This document shows, one piece after another, positions 1 through 13,666 of a stretch of 64,000 nt of DNA; positions within the stretch are counted from its first letter, which is position 1; each line of letters starts with the position of its first letter. The DNA comes from Bugula neritina. Its lineage: Eukaryota; Animalia; Bryozoa. Under the pieces are notes generated by a model, which was not told the origin of the DNA, did not search any database, and saw only the letters and a program-made list of their open reading frames with translations. Where the stretch lies: the NCBI GenBank assembly GCA_964035545.1, contig OZ037769.1, positions 16,336,633 through 16,400,632 on the forward strand, written 5' to 3'. The translations under genes were made by a program, and so were the position numbers.

Positions 1-3000
1 GTCATGAGATAAACTACCATGAGAAGTAACTCCTTAGTGCTCACCTGTATATAGGGGTTACATTATACTGTATTGTATTACATGGTATATAGTGTATAGT
101 GTGTAGTGTATAGTGCTTAGTGTATATAGTATATAGTATATATAGATTATAGTGTATAGTGCACAATATTATATAGTATATAGTACATAGTATATATATT
201 TATATGTAATATACAGTATATAGTATATTATAGTACTATAAAGTATCTATTATCTAGTACATAGTACACACTATACTAAAATTATACCCCATACTAAGCA
301 CATTCAATCAGAATTGTATACACATCGATATTGATTAGGAAATAATTATTATATGCAGATAACCAAAGCTAATATCATGTTTTATTGCATCACATTACGT
401 AATTATAAACTACATGCACTATTTGCTTATATGTCTGTCTTTACAAACAACTAGTGACTGTAAAAAGTAGTCAACTTTCAAATTTGTTACAAAAATTGAG
501 TAGATAACTCCCAACAAATACAAATTTCTATCCAACCAATAACCACTATGGATATTAATATGATTGGTTATTACTGTCGTTATTCTTTATCTAAACTTCA
601 ACCTTGAAATGGACAGTATTTATATGTTAGACTGAGGCTACATTTAGATTTATCAGAAATAAGGGGAGGGGGTGACAGTACGCCCTACCTTTATGGTGTA
701 GGCTAATATCTTGAATGCGGAGTAATGTTTCATCAGCTTAAAGACTCTCAGCACGCGGACTGTACGAAGTACAGTGATAGTCTTTAGGAAGTCTCCAGCC
801 TTCTCGTACTGACTGTAGTTCATGTCGTCTTCATCTAGTATGTGGTCTGAAATATACTACCAGAAACACAAACTCTGAACCATCAGTCTATAGGATTGTG
901 ATAATGTAACTCAAGAACTCAGGCTACTGATGAATAAAATAGCCCAGTTTCTAGTTTGTCAATTTATATAGGAGCGTGTTTACTATTCATAGCAATTAAT
1001 TGTTTTTTTGTCAAGAGAAACAGAAAAAAAGTGAAAACTGGAAAGGTGAGTATGGCAATCTATCTCGTTAGGTAAATTATGGAGAGGATAATTCCCACAG
1101 AGAAGAAGCGGTGATATTGTATTGTTAATCAGACTGGACTACCAAACCTTTGCAGATGATATTGAAAAAGCTTCCATAGCATTGATTGCCAGCATAATAT
1201 TATTTAAATGACCAGTGAGTAAAAGTTGACTATGTACATATTTCTACATGATAATGTCATCCACTTGCATAACCTGTCAAGTGTCAAGGGAGCAAGTGCT
1301 TTCTATCCACCAGACACTTGCATAACACATAACTATGCTTTATATACAAAGGCTAAGTGCAGCACTGGGAATTCAGGTGCATGCAGCAGTAGTTCACAGG
1401 CAACTAAGTGTTGACAGAATAATTAAAATTAGGTAAGCGAGCCACAGAATAGCAAGAAAAGCAGCACTAAGTTCATATACACCTACGCACTACGCCCACA
1501 AGATTGTCATATCAATACAATGAATTTAGTTCTCACACATACAACAATTAATTTTGTTACGGAATTCAATTTATTTCAAGTTAGAAAGCAAATAATATAG
1601 TTGTGATAGTTTGAGTTGTGAATTGCATGCAGTTAGTCACACTACTCAGGGTGGGGGTGTTATAGCCGTAGCTAATCCGTAACCAAAACTTACCATTAGT
1701 CTAACTTTTCCTACTGTCTGCATACCAAGGCAAATAAAACTGTTTAGACTGAGTGAAACGAGCTCACTTACCTGCGTGCTGAATCTGTCAACACGCAGGT
1801 AAAGCACGTTTCGAAATTCAATTGTATTTACATATATTATTTATTTAAACTTCAACTGGAATTAAGCCAGGTACGTTCAAGAAAAATTCTACGGAGTTTA
1901 TTTCATGCAAAAGTGTTTCAGTGCTTAATTAACTGCTTGCATAACATGTCACTCAACTTTAGGCTAGGCTGAAAAATAAATTTTCTTTTTATTCATTTCC
2001 TTAGAAGTTTCAGTTTGCTGTAATGTCCCTAGCTAATCTAGTCACCATATAGTGACCCAATAGTCTTGACCTAGTTAACTATCTTGACCCAGTTTAATAT
2101 CTTGACCCATTAATTGAATATAGGTAGAATTTTATTTTTCTTGAAAACCAATATATAAGTGAGGAAAAAGTTAATTGGCTACATAAAATCTCAATACTCG
2201 AATCTCACACATGCAAACCAAATAAAGCTGCGTTTCAACAATTTTAACACAACAACACACTATAAATCATATCAAGGTCATATAAAGGTAATGAGTATAG
2301 AGTGAGATTTATAAACTAACGTGCAGTTAGTTTGGGACGAACTGACTACCAAACAAACATATAATATCACAAAGATCACATTTTCATTGGATACTTACAT
2401 CATTTGTGTAAAACTTTTTAGTCTATTTACCAAATAACATGTTTTACTATGTTATATATTACTAGATTATATAATACTATTTTATATAATACTATGTTAT
2501 ATATTACTAGATTATATGATAAGAGAGATGAGGAACCAAATAATCTTGAGCCCCAACTATTTGAATATATAGTTGCAGTTTGCTCAAAATTGACCCTGGT
2601 CCGCCTTGTATAGGCAAAAAGAAACTTCAGAAAACATGACAGAAATCTGCAGGAAAATTACAAAAAAAGTATAAGAGAAATAATACAGAGCAACTTAACT
2701 TATTTATTCACTCAATCATAGGTAGGTGTTACATGTACGTATAACCAACTTACACATAGGTATGTGTTGGCAGCGCACTGAATTTGGGCTTCAAACTGTT
2801 TCCATTTTACATTTAAATTTAATTACTATATCTGCTTCATAACATATTCATTATTATATAAACTTCTCAATATTGTAGTGTACTATGCCACTTACTGTAT
2901 GTTTTATGATGATGGATATGAGTTGAGGTATCACACACACAATGTCTATAATGTTGAGGGGACCCTTAAAGAACTGACATTTGTTGGGAGAAAATATTAG

Positions 3001-6000
3001 CCGCACAACCAGCTCCAGGAGAAAGTAACCCTAAAACAGGCCAGGAACTGATGTTAGAACAGCACAAATGAAACAGTGTAATACAGCCAGGTTTTTGATA
3101 CAGCTTTTAATAGACACTAAAGCTTGTCATTTTATTTCTAAGTTGTACAGGCCTGACTAGCAGCATGCATAGAATATTGAGTAAGAAACCAACGCCAAAG
3201 ATAAAATAATTGTTATACAAAAAGTTTTAATAGAATGGTTACACTTTAAGCCACAGAATGAAGTAGTCATCTGTGGTAAAGACCTAATAAAGCAATTGAA
3301 ATATTTACCAGACAGGCGTCATCTATGGTACTGAGGATAGGGTGAGGCTCCGTGTGAGGATATGGTCCTAAGGCTAGGGGTTCAGAGGCCAGGGACTGGT
3401 TGGTGGTGTCATCTAAATTACAACAGTTGCAGGTGGTGGTGGGTGTGCTGTAGTAAGGAGCAGGGTCTGGTGCGGTGGTGCGAATATTGTTGTAGTAGAC
3501 GACTCTAAACAAGTAGTGGGACTCCAGAATTGTCTCCAGTATGGATATGACAACAAACCCCATGGATATCGCCATCAGTACCTGTCAACATGAGTCACGA
3601 CGAGTCATGGTTAGCTCGAGTTATAAGAGTTAGTATGAGTCATCATTATCATTAGTCATGGCTATGAATAGTTATGGTTACCATTAGTCATGTTCATCAT
3701 TAGTCATGCCCTCAATGCTTATTATGAGTTATGAGTAGGTGATATGGTGAGTGTAGTTAGTATGATTAGTATATGATACTCATTCCACTGAGATAGGTCA
3801 GGCATTAAGAGATTATATTTTAAAATATACTTATTCTAAATTCCTGTAACTTTTGTGGGAGTGATAAAACACGCAATAGCCTAGCTAATATTGGAGAAAT
3901 GCGTTGTGTAGGAGTAAAGATATATAGTAATTATATGTCATTAAATATACACATACATAACTATTCATATAAAATACAAGCTATTATATCTAACATACTA
4001 GCAAGTACCAACATATTGCAGTAACTAATTGGAATAGCGAGTCACCTTGGCTAGTTTAGACTCTGACGGGTATTCTAGAGAAAGCCACGCCTCTCTTTTG
4101 AGCCTCTGCCAGCGTGTCCCAGAGTTCCTTGCCTTTCTGGCCTTCTCCAGGAACTGATATTCATCTTCCCCACCGAAAGCTGACTCCAAGTCAGCAAGGG
4201 TCTCCTTGTGACTGTGGTACTTGGCGTAGTTACCCCAGCAGCATGGCTCAATCTCAGCCTCATTCAGCCCCCAGAACTCTAGTTCCTGCAGTATATAGTT
4301 ATGTAATAGAATATCATATTATATTGTATTATATTATGTAATATTATGCTAAATTATATTATTTTGTTGTTATATATTATGTCATATTATTGTGTTATTA
4401 TGTATTATGTAGTATCATGTAATACATAATATAATGTTACTACATTATATTATCATGTTGTATTATATTATGTAATACTACATAATATGAAATATTGTGT
4501 TATATCATAAATTATGTAATACATATTATATTATATTGTATACTTTTATATCACGGTTTGATATTTTATAGACAAGATTAAAGGAGACAGAAAGGTGAAT
4601 AGTGAATATTTACTACCTTTTTCATAGCATTTCCGCATAAACTCTCTGATACATGCAGCTCGTCTGTTCTGAAAACAACAAGGAATTTATAATAAAGTTG
4701 AAATAAAGCTAAATTAATTGTAAGCTAGCAATAGCTGAGTTTATAATGACATCTCTTCAAACAATTCACTCTTTATTAACAAGTAGCGATGAAATCATTT
4801 TAGTTAAATCACTTAATTTTTACATCTGCTACCAAAATGTTGGTCTCTCCACAGAATAGTTTGATTTACTCTCAAAAGCATAAATATATACCAAAATGTT
4901 ATAGTTATAACAAATAGAATAAATATTACAAAGTATATAAAAAGTTATTATATTGCATTTTATGGTATATAATAATTAAATTAGGCCGAAACTTGTTTGT
5001 TCAAAATGTTAGAATGTTTGAAATAGTTTGATTATAGGATGAAGAAAGTTTTATTATCTTAGCCTTAGCACAAGAGATTGTGAGTTAGATCAGGGGCTAT
5101 AAATAGTGGATGCTATATAAGGAAATATGACTATCATATATTCATAAATAATATAAGCTTTTTGCACTAGCTAACTTTAAAGTAAAAATATCTACAGGCA
5201 CCATTTGAAAAATGCAGGTAGCATAAGAAGTGCAGTTTAGGTTTAATATATTATGACAAATATAATATACTTAAATCAGGTTTTGTATGCACCATTAAAC
5301 AATATCTACTCATCAACAAATTCCTAAACACGTGGGATATTTCATAGTTCAACATTTATTCTGTGAGATGGCCTGTAATTGTGCAATCTTTACCCATCCT
5401 AAACCTAAATAAAATAACAAAGTTTATTCTGTTGTGTATATCTAAGTGAATCTACATAATAACATAGAAGAGAAATTACACTCTAAAAATTAATTGCACT
5501 CAATTACCTTGTGAAAGTATTTATTTGAGCAATTTGTAAGCTCTAGTGAGTACACTATGCTCTCAATGCTTTGTCTATTTAGTACTCATGTGATTTGTAG
5601 TTTATTATCTCCCCTAACAATAAACACTCATGTGGGTTTATAGTCACTGTCCCTGTGAGAACTTCTGATAGAAAGAGAATTTATCTCAATACAGAAACTA
5701 GTTGCCTCTGAGATTTGGAGAAGCTGAGAATGTTTACTGATTTTGATGTACTTAAAGAGTTGGGATTGTGCAATAGTGTGCACTGCACTGCACTGCACTG
5801 CACTGCACTGCACTGCACTGCACTGCACTGCACTGCACTGCACTGCACTGCACTGCACTGCACTGCAGTATATTGCATTGTACTGCACTAGCTACACTGC
5901 ACTTAATACTGAGGCAGTTACAAATATATTATAAGTGTAGTATAAGTATAATAATGATAGTATAAATATATAAGCATTTAAGGAGGAGCCGTGGTCTAGA

Positions 6001-7081
6001 GGTTAGAGCGTTTCGCTTAGTAAACATGAAGTCATGGGTACGAGCCCAACAAAAGTCATTGGTGATGTTAGGAAGAGCATTCAGTCATAATTGCTCCTGC
6101 ATCCCATCTGAATAAGTCCTTAGGACGATTTAACCAAAAGCCCATCCATTAGGAGTTTCTCACAGTACTATAAACTTGTTTGAGTTTTATGTAAGCATAG
6201 TATAATGTAGTATGTAATATATTATTATAAATAGGATCAGCTGTGTATTAAATGAAGTAGAGCCCATGCAAGTGTGTGTCATGTTGAATTAGACATTGAC
6301 TGGTTGATGTAGGAGTGAATAACAGAAGTAATGAGTGAATAATGAAAATACTAATTGATTCTGATGTTTCTATAACATTATATAGTGATTATATCCATTC
6401 ATCCTAGACAATAGCTATACCTGGTCACAATGACCAGCTCTTTCTCAGACTATAATGTAATTATCAGACTATAATATTATAGTTCTCAGACTATGAGGGG
6501 ATGAGCTCCCTTCCCCTTACTTCCTTTACACAGCAGTGCAGTGATAGTACTACTTTAGGTACCTGGTATTTGTGAATATGAGTTGCTACTAGCCTAATAA
6601 ACTATAATAACCAACTCCTTATTATGCTTTTACTAGTATTATAATATATGCATTCTATTTGCACTTTGATAAAGAAAACAAAATCTTTTTTGCCAATGAT
6701 GAAATAGTTAAAATAGAGCTTTAAGTTTTGCCTTTTAATACCTTTATAACATGAAGATTTCATGCTGCAAACTGTTTGTAGGTTATACAAATTTTGTTTA
6801 TAAGTGGGAACTCATTAACTTTTAAATTGACTTATTTTAATATTCCATATTACAAAAATGTACCTGTAATACACTTACCTGTAATATTCTAGAATTGACT
6901 GAAAAGCGTCTGGACATCTGTCAAAGAAGAAGCAGTTTTTCTGCTCGATGTACGTAGAGTGAGATTCCCTATCTAGAGCCAACTGCGACAGCGTGGTCCC
7001 CGGCAGCCTCTCCAAGGTGCTGTAGTACGTCCAGAATTCTCTCCCGCCCACATTGATGCAGATCAGCTCTTTATCCGCCAT
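1..7081 (-). CDS. Shaw/Kv3-like voltage-gated potassium channel, 5' part (T1 to start of S5); continues beyond the left edge
   Basis: Manually spliced GT-AG exons in one open frame: 6879-7081 (MADKELICINVGG..FFDRCPDAFQSILEYYR, T1/BTB), 4617-4668 (TDELHVSESLCGNAMKK), 4046-4285 (ELEFWGLNEAEIEPCCW..LEYPSESKLAK), 3309-3581 (S1 and long S1-S2 loop), 2896-3030 (GYFLLELVVRLIFSP..LNIIDIVCVIP, S2-S3), 1772-1784 (13-nt microexon), 689-846 (S4 LRTVRVLRVFKLMKH), 1-44 (VSTKELLLMVVYLM, S5). The T1 HX5CX20CC zinc motif of Shab/Shaw/Shal is intact. Subfamily call is from motif resemblance. Confidence 0.9.
1772..1784 (-). CDS. 13-nt microexon (IQHA+D) in the Kv S3-S4 linker
   Basis: ttgacag|ATTCAGCACGCAG|gtaagt. 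The upstream exon ends in phase 0 and the S4 exon is open only in phase 1, so a 3n+1 exon is required; this one fits with consensus splice sites. Confidence 0.7.
5779..5867. repeat. (TGCAC)n pentanucleotide microsatellite in a Kv intron
   Basis: About 17 perfect tgcac units; source of the spurious SAVQC/CTALH ORFs. Confidence 0.97.
5982..6189 (+). mobile_element. tRNA-derived SINE, copy 1
   Basis: tRNA-like head with A-box-like TGGTCTAGAGG and B-box-like GGTACGAGCCC, then body GATGTTAGGAAGAGCAT(C/T)CAGTCATAATT..TTCTCACAG..CTATAAACT found five times in the window. Confidence 0.75.
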
Positions 7082-7189
7082 ATTGAAGGGTTAAGCGGAG
7101 ATAACTTCTAACCTCATGTCTGAAAATACGCTAGGTCTTATTATAAGTAATATGATTGGATTGATACTGAAATATAGTAAAAGATCTAG

Positions 7190-7385
7190 GAGTTAGGGAG
7201 TTGGCTTAGCAAATGCAAGGTCACATGGGTTTGATCTCCATTACAGGCCATTTGGTGATGTTAGGAAGAGCATCCAGTTATATAATTACTCCTGTGCCGC
7301 ATATGAATAAGTTCTTAGCCAATTTAAAAAGCCCTTTCTATCAGGGAATTCTCACAGGAAACACTATAAACTTTCGTGAGTTATA
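7190..7385 (+). mobile_element. tRNA-derived SINE, copy 2 (5'-eroded)
   Basis: Aligns by eye to 5982-6189 (GGTGATGTTAGGAAGAGCATCCAGT..TTCTCACAGG..CACTATAAACT). Confidence 0.7.
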
Positions 7386-9225
7386 ATAAAGTTGTGAAGC
7401 AAAGCAAATTTATAATATCTCATTTGTACACTAAATACTTTTCATTCTGATGCTTTTTATTTTTTATTATGCCATATTTGAAAACTTGGTCAAGGGAAGT
7501 GCACCCTGACGTAAGTAACTTTCCCAGTCAATGATGATGTCACCATTTGATGCCTGCATTTTACTCAGACATCAGACTGTCGGAATGTGTGTACACTCAC
7601 GTAAACTTGGCAGTCGCTGTTATAGCAAAAGAATTTAGAAAAAACCGCTGCAATGTGATAAAAATTATAGCCAATATCTAACAGCTTTTAGTTTTTCAAG
7701 CTCCAAGGACAGATGACTTCCCATCCCCCAATACACGTTAGAACCTAAGCCACATAAAAAACTGCAGGCTATCTTGGGTAAACTTGGATTTGAAAAGTCG
7801 ACATTCTATGAGACTCTTACAGTTTTAGCTCTTGTATTTACTATTTAGTCGTAAAATCTCAGAATTAACAATATAAAAACTCACCAACTCTAACTTTACG
7901 AGCGTTACTCATTGCTCAGTATAGTTGAACCCTACCGTATCAACATTCACACGTAGGTATGAGAAGACCCTGCGTTAAGATACCTCTTTACAAACCTTGT
8001 GAACACCATTGTGATTTACCCATTACCGTGAATAACAATATATACTAGAATCTAATACATTCTCACTATTGTACTCAAATCAATTAAGCTGGCAAATTAC
8101 TTGTGATTTAACATTGTATAACATCTTTATTACACTATTACAGTCCCAGGTCAGTTGCCAGCCTCGTCAGAGCTAGTAATAACAAAATTAATAATTTAGT
8201 ATATATTTTGCAACAGCATTGATACTGAGATGTTCATTGACACGCTATATGCTACTTCTATGTCATGCATGCAGTTGTCACTTGGGAGAATAACTAGCCT
8301 TTTATGTGCTAATATCACAATATCTTATACAAACACGGAGGCACTAGGGGCAAATAATGTATGTTCTTATATAACACAGGTGAAAACTTACTGAATTTCC
8401 AGGTTATACAACATTATACTCTGCATTGAGAGGCAATGAGGCACCTAGTTAAAAGGGGGGAGGTGTGAATTAGTGCTGTACTGGGAATACCCAAAGTAGA
8501 GAAATTAGGTGATTGCTAGGGTGTTGGTGTTTATACTCCAACCTTGTTCAATGTGAGTACATGAGCGCACATTGAGCTGTGCCCATAATGCTAAAATACT
8601 AATTACTAGTATTATTAATCATTGTGTAGCAGTACCAGCATATTGATAGTGACTTTCAGGGAATTGATACTGCATGGGGACATGAAAAACAAGTTCCTAA
8701 ATACCAGACTTAGTACCAATACTTCACTCTCCTTCCCCCTATCTCACCAACCCCCTCCTTCCCCCTACCTCACCTTCCCTGCTCATCCAAAATCTAACAG
8801 CATACCAATATTCTTACCCCAAGAACCTTACTGCAGCTAAATTCAACCTGTAATAGATAAGTCGTGCTACCAGCAAATTACATCTCTTTAAACACAATAC
8901 AGTTTCAAATTCTTCCACAATATTATTATGCTATAGAAATGTGACTAGTCATGTGTTATACTAGAATACTGTAAGTAAACAGATAGATGTGCTTATAGTT
9001 AAACTAACAATCATTTTATGAGCCAACATACATTAATTTATACTCTCTTAGCAATAAATATCATGTATACATGTGCAGTTATAAACGCCTCCAATCCCAC
9101 CCACCACTTACTCTCTAACAGTGAAACATTTAACAACTACTAGTATCCTGGAGGAGCTAAGCGTAAGTGAAAGTTATAATAATATATATTTAGGATAACA
9201 TATTATAATTATATAATATTTCACA

Positions 9226-9949
9226 ATAAGTACCATTTTATGGTTATATGACTGTAAATATTGCATAATATTGTCATTTTACATAGTTCTATGTTGCACG
9301 TGTATATAATATTATAATATAGTAGCCTATGTTAAATTGATGCTGAATTGAGATATATAAAAATGCATAACAAAGTAATAGTATTTGTATAGTTTTAGAT
9401 TGAAGAAAAAATGTTTATTTCATAGTTAAATATAATATTAAAAAATCAGAAATGTTCCAGTTGCGTGGCCAACATTGGAAAGAAAATAAAAACTTTAGTG
9501 AGTATAATCTAGCAGTTTAATTTCTAATAGAAGTTGTAAGCTGTTTTGGTTACTGTATAGTTGGGGTTAAATAATGAACTACTATTAATAAGGCATTGTT
9601 ATTATTATAACTGTTAAAAAAGTAGAAAGTATTCAAAAACAAAAACCAGAAGTAACAGTCATTTTATTATTAATACATAATGATTTGTATATATAGAGGT
9701 ATAAAATTAGAGTGTATACTTACAAGTTACAGAGCATGTATACTACCAATATAGTGGCTACTCGATACAATGTATATATACTAATGTAGTGTTATTTATT
9801 TGTAACCCAGACAGATGAGTGTAAACTATAACATAAACTGTATACTGGCAACCAGTGTAATGCACGCATGCTATTATATGGGCTGCTATAACAGCATTAC
9901 TAACTGCACAGTAATGGCTGTTTACAAATTCTGCTGCTGCCAAGTGTCT
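9226..9949. repeat. Segment duplicated in inverted orientation at ~17095-17832
   Basis: Reverse complement matches 17095-17832; the ORF track shows the same peptide at 9758-9943(-) and 17076-17321(+). Confidence 0.9.
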
Positions 9950-10452
9950 ACTATAAATAGCACCAAATAGCCTTACTCAACCTGCCCACCCTGTAGCAGC
10001 TGACCAGGTAATACTTGCTGACTGCCAAGTATTAGTTGTCACAAGTAATCATCATTTAAGTCATCATTATTTCTGAGTTAAAATACTTTTGTGTAGTCTC
10101 TGATATTTGAACCTTACCATGGAATGTTGTCCTTATACAATCATCATTATACTTAATATGTGCTTATAATCTGGTCTAGCTTTTTGTGATTCACTCTTCA
10201 AACCAATAGAATATCCCGTAACAAAGCTCAGCACCAATTAAATAGCTGAATACACATTCTTAAAGCAGAAATCATATAGTAACAAGGGAGGGGAAGCTAA
10301 ACTGGGACTAATTAATGAACTATCATTTCTCCCATCAAGTGACAGCAATATTTATGTTGGCTACTGTTTAATATTGACCTCTCATAGTGGTCAACTGAAA
10401 ACAATTTGGGTATCAATCTAAAGGAGTGAACACACCTTCATGAGACTTGCAA

Positions 10453-10673
10453 AAAAACTAACGCAAGTTTGTAGTCGCTATCCCTGTGAGAAACCCCTGA
10501 TGGGAAGGGTTTTTGTTAAATTGGGCCAAGGACTTGTTCAGATGAGGCACAGGAGCAATTATGAATGGATGCTCTTCCTAACATCACTAATCGCCTTTAC
10601 TGGGGTTTAAACCCAAGACCTCATGTTTGCTAAGCAAATGCTCTAACCCCTCGACCATTGCATGGCTGCTCCT
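10453..10673 (-). mobile_element. tRNA-derived SINE, copy 3
   Basis: Reverse complement of the SINE body (tggatgctcttcctaacatcac) with the head ending ggctgctcc. Confidence 0.75.
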
Positions 10674-12180
10674 TTCCTTCATGGGACTTATAATAAAATA
10701 TAACTTTAGCAAATATCTTTTAATTAAATGAAAAGCTTCTTAATTTCAGAAACACAGGGTGAAGTTGCTGACAAGTATTCAAAAATAGAAGTTTCTATAA
10801 GTTACAATATTGGATATAAAATATTGCTTATGCTCAAAACAAACCACCACACCATATATTTATGGATACGCTAGTCAATTTCAGCTAAACTTTATTCTCT
10901 CTTCTTTGCATCATGGAAGAAGAAAATAATTAGAAAATATTGATAAGCAAACTGAAAATAATGAGTTTGAAATTTTGAATAAAAATTCAGAAACTATTAA
11001 AAATTTACTTCACATATGCTACAAGAAGAGCTCATAGTTAGCTTGATATCTTCTAGTAGTTCAGTTCCACAATATATCTGCTAAAGAGAGGGAGGGGGTT
11101 CAGCAAACCCTCACTCTGTGTGTATAATCCAACATTATAGCTTGTTGCAATAACAAAAAAGCACTGCAGTAGCAAAAATTATTGCTTTTACATAATATTA
11201 CATTGAGAATACTCAAAGCGCAACTATATAATTATATTATAAATAGCATATCGTGATATTATACACAATAATTTAAATCATTTACAATAATTATTGTTTT
11301 GTATAGGATATGTAATGTATATTCAATTATATGATTAGAACAGATGCAACTTGAAAACATGCTTTATAAACTTTATATGAAAGAGAGAATTTTAAGAATT
11401 TAATGTATTGTCTCCCACTGTAACAATTTATCTAAGCCCTCCCCCCCCCCCACTACTTGACTTCAAATTGCAGGCTAGACACCAAAACAAATTATCAATA
11501 TTGTCTCTTTAATAGAAATCCTTGATTATTTACACATTCAACAACAGATAGACAAGAATAAAACAAGGAAATGACAACCTCGGTACTGTGAGGTAACATC
11601 ATCTTTATTAATCACACTGAGTTAGTATAGAATTAGATAGTTAATTACAACTGAGTATTAGTTCATGTGGCAGTGTTTACGGTATACTTGTAACACATAC
11701 AGAGTATAATATAGAGAGAGTTTCTAAAGATATATTTAGTGCTATTTGTTAATATATGTGTGAGATATACAATACTGATGGGTGTAATTAGTAGTAGTAG
11801 ATGTGATATATTCAGTATAGTGTTTGTTACATACTAATAAGTAGAACTCATTGTGTATGTTATACTGCTACATGTTTCAAACTCTTAGCTTGAGATCCTA
11901 CACTAGTGTACTGGTATTAAAGAGGGTGGACATAGGAAAACTATAGGCTTTACATACACAGGAGAAATTAACTCAAGACATGATGTCCTCACAACTTTGC
12001 TTTGAACGCACTGGAAACATGGAAATGCACTACTACTTGGGAGTTGTCTGTACATGTAAATGATATTTCAATTGTGATTTAGTTGAATATTTAATTTTTA
12101 ATGACAGATAATGAGTTATCATCTCTTGTATACAACATGATGTGCGAGGAGACAACTTTCGAGACTTCCAGGCCATTGAG

Positions 12181-13300
12181 AATACTAACTCTACCATACA
12201 ATACTAACTGTACCATACAATACTAACTGTACCATACAATACTAACTCTACCATACAATACTATCTCTACCAAACAATACTATCTCTACCACACAATACT
12301 AACTCTACCATACAATACTAACTCTACCATACAATACTAACTCTACCATACAATACTAACTCTACCATACAGTACTATCTCTACCACACAATACTAACTC
12401 TACCATACAATACTAACTCTACCATACAATACTATCTCTACCATACAATACTATCTCTACCACACAATACTAACTCTACCATACAATACTAACTCTACCA
12501 TACAATACTAACTCTACCATACAATACTAACTCTACCATACAATACTATCTCTACCACACAATACTAACTCTACCATACAATACTAACTCTACCATACAA
12601 TACTAACTCTACCATACAATACTATCTCTACCATACAATACTATCTCTACCATACAATACTAACTCTACCATACAATACTAACTATACCATACACTACTA
12701 ACTTTACCACACAATACTAACTCTACCACACAATACTAACTCTACCATACAATACTATCTCTACCACACAATACTAACTCTACCATACAATACTAACTCT
12801 ACCATACAATACTAACTCTACCATACAATACTATCTCTACCATACAATACTATCTCTACCATACAATACTAACTCTACCATACAATACTAACTATACCAT
12901 ACACTACTAACTTTACCACACAATACTAACTCTACCACACAATACTAACTCTACCATACAATACTAACTCTACCATACAATACTAACTCTACTATACACT
13001 ACTAACCCTACCATACAATACTAACTCTATCACACAATACTAACTCTACCATACAATACTAACTCTACCATACAATACTAACTCTACCATACAATACTAA
13101 CTATACCATACACTACTAACTTTACCACACAATACTAACTCTACCATACAATACTAACTCTACCATGCAATACTAACTCTACCATACAATACTAACTCTA
13201 CCATACAATACTAACTCTACCACACAATACTAACTCTATCATACAATACTAACTCTACCATACAATACTAACTTTACCATACAATACTAACTCTATCACA
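12181..13300. repeat. 20-bp minisatellite (CCATACAATACTAACTCTA-type) downstream of TRIM copy 1
   Basis: Tandem aatactaactctaccatac-type units; the same family lies at 34571-34850, 56055-57558 and 61824-62515. Confidence 0.97.
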
Positions 13301-13666
13301 CAAAATTAATGCACAACTCATTCCGTTTCTAATTTATTTTGAAATTTTCTACCAAATTAGAAGTTATAAACTGTGCATAGAGAATTGTTAACACATTTTA
13401 AAATACAACATAACATTCCACTAACTTAATTGTTAATTGTGACTAAATCCATGATACTAGTTACAGCAAGACAAAAAGATGTAATATTACAAATGCATTT
13501 ATAAGAAAATATAAAATAATCTAGGAAATAGAAAAGTTATTCATAGAGTGAATTACTTAGAATAATATTAGCCCATATCATGTGAATTCAACTTCAACAT
13601 TATTTATCAAATCAAGATTCCAATTCCCTGTCTATTGACAGACAAGTAGAAAGTAGAGCAGACTGT

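Noticed and set aside
5628-5934. SAVQC / CTALH repeat ORFs
   Set aside because: Translations of the (TGCAC)n microsatellite.
5982-6060. tRNA gene
   Set aside because: No complete cloverleaf; it continues into a repeated SINE body.
7091-7117. 8-codon uORF in frame upstream of the Kv ATG (minus strand)
   Set aside because: Present in sequence, but exon inclusion and conservation cannot be shown; such uORFs are common by chance.
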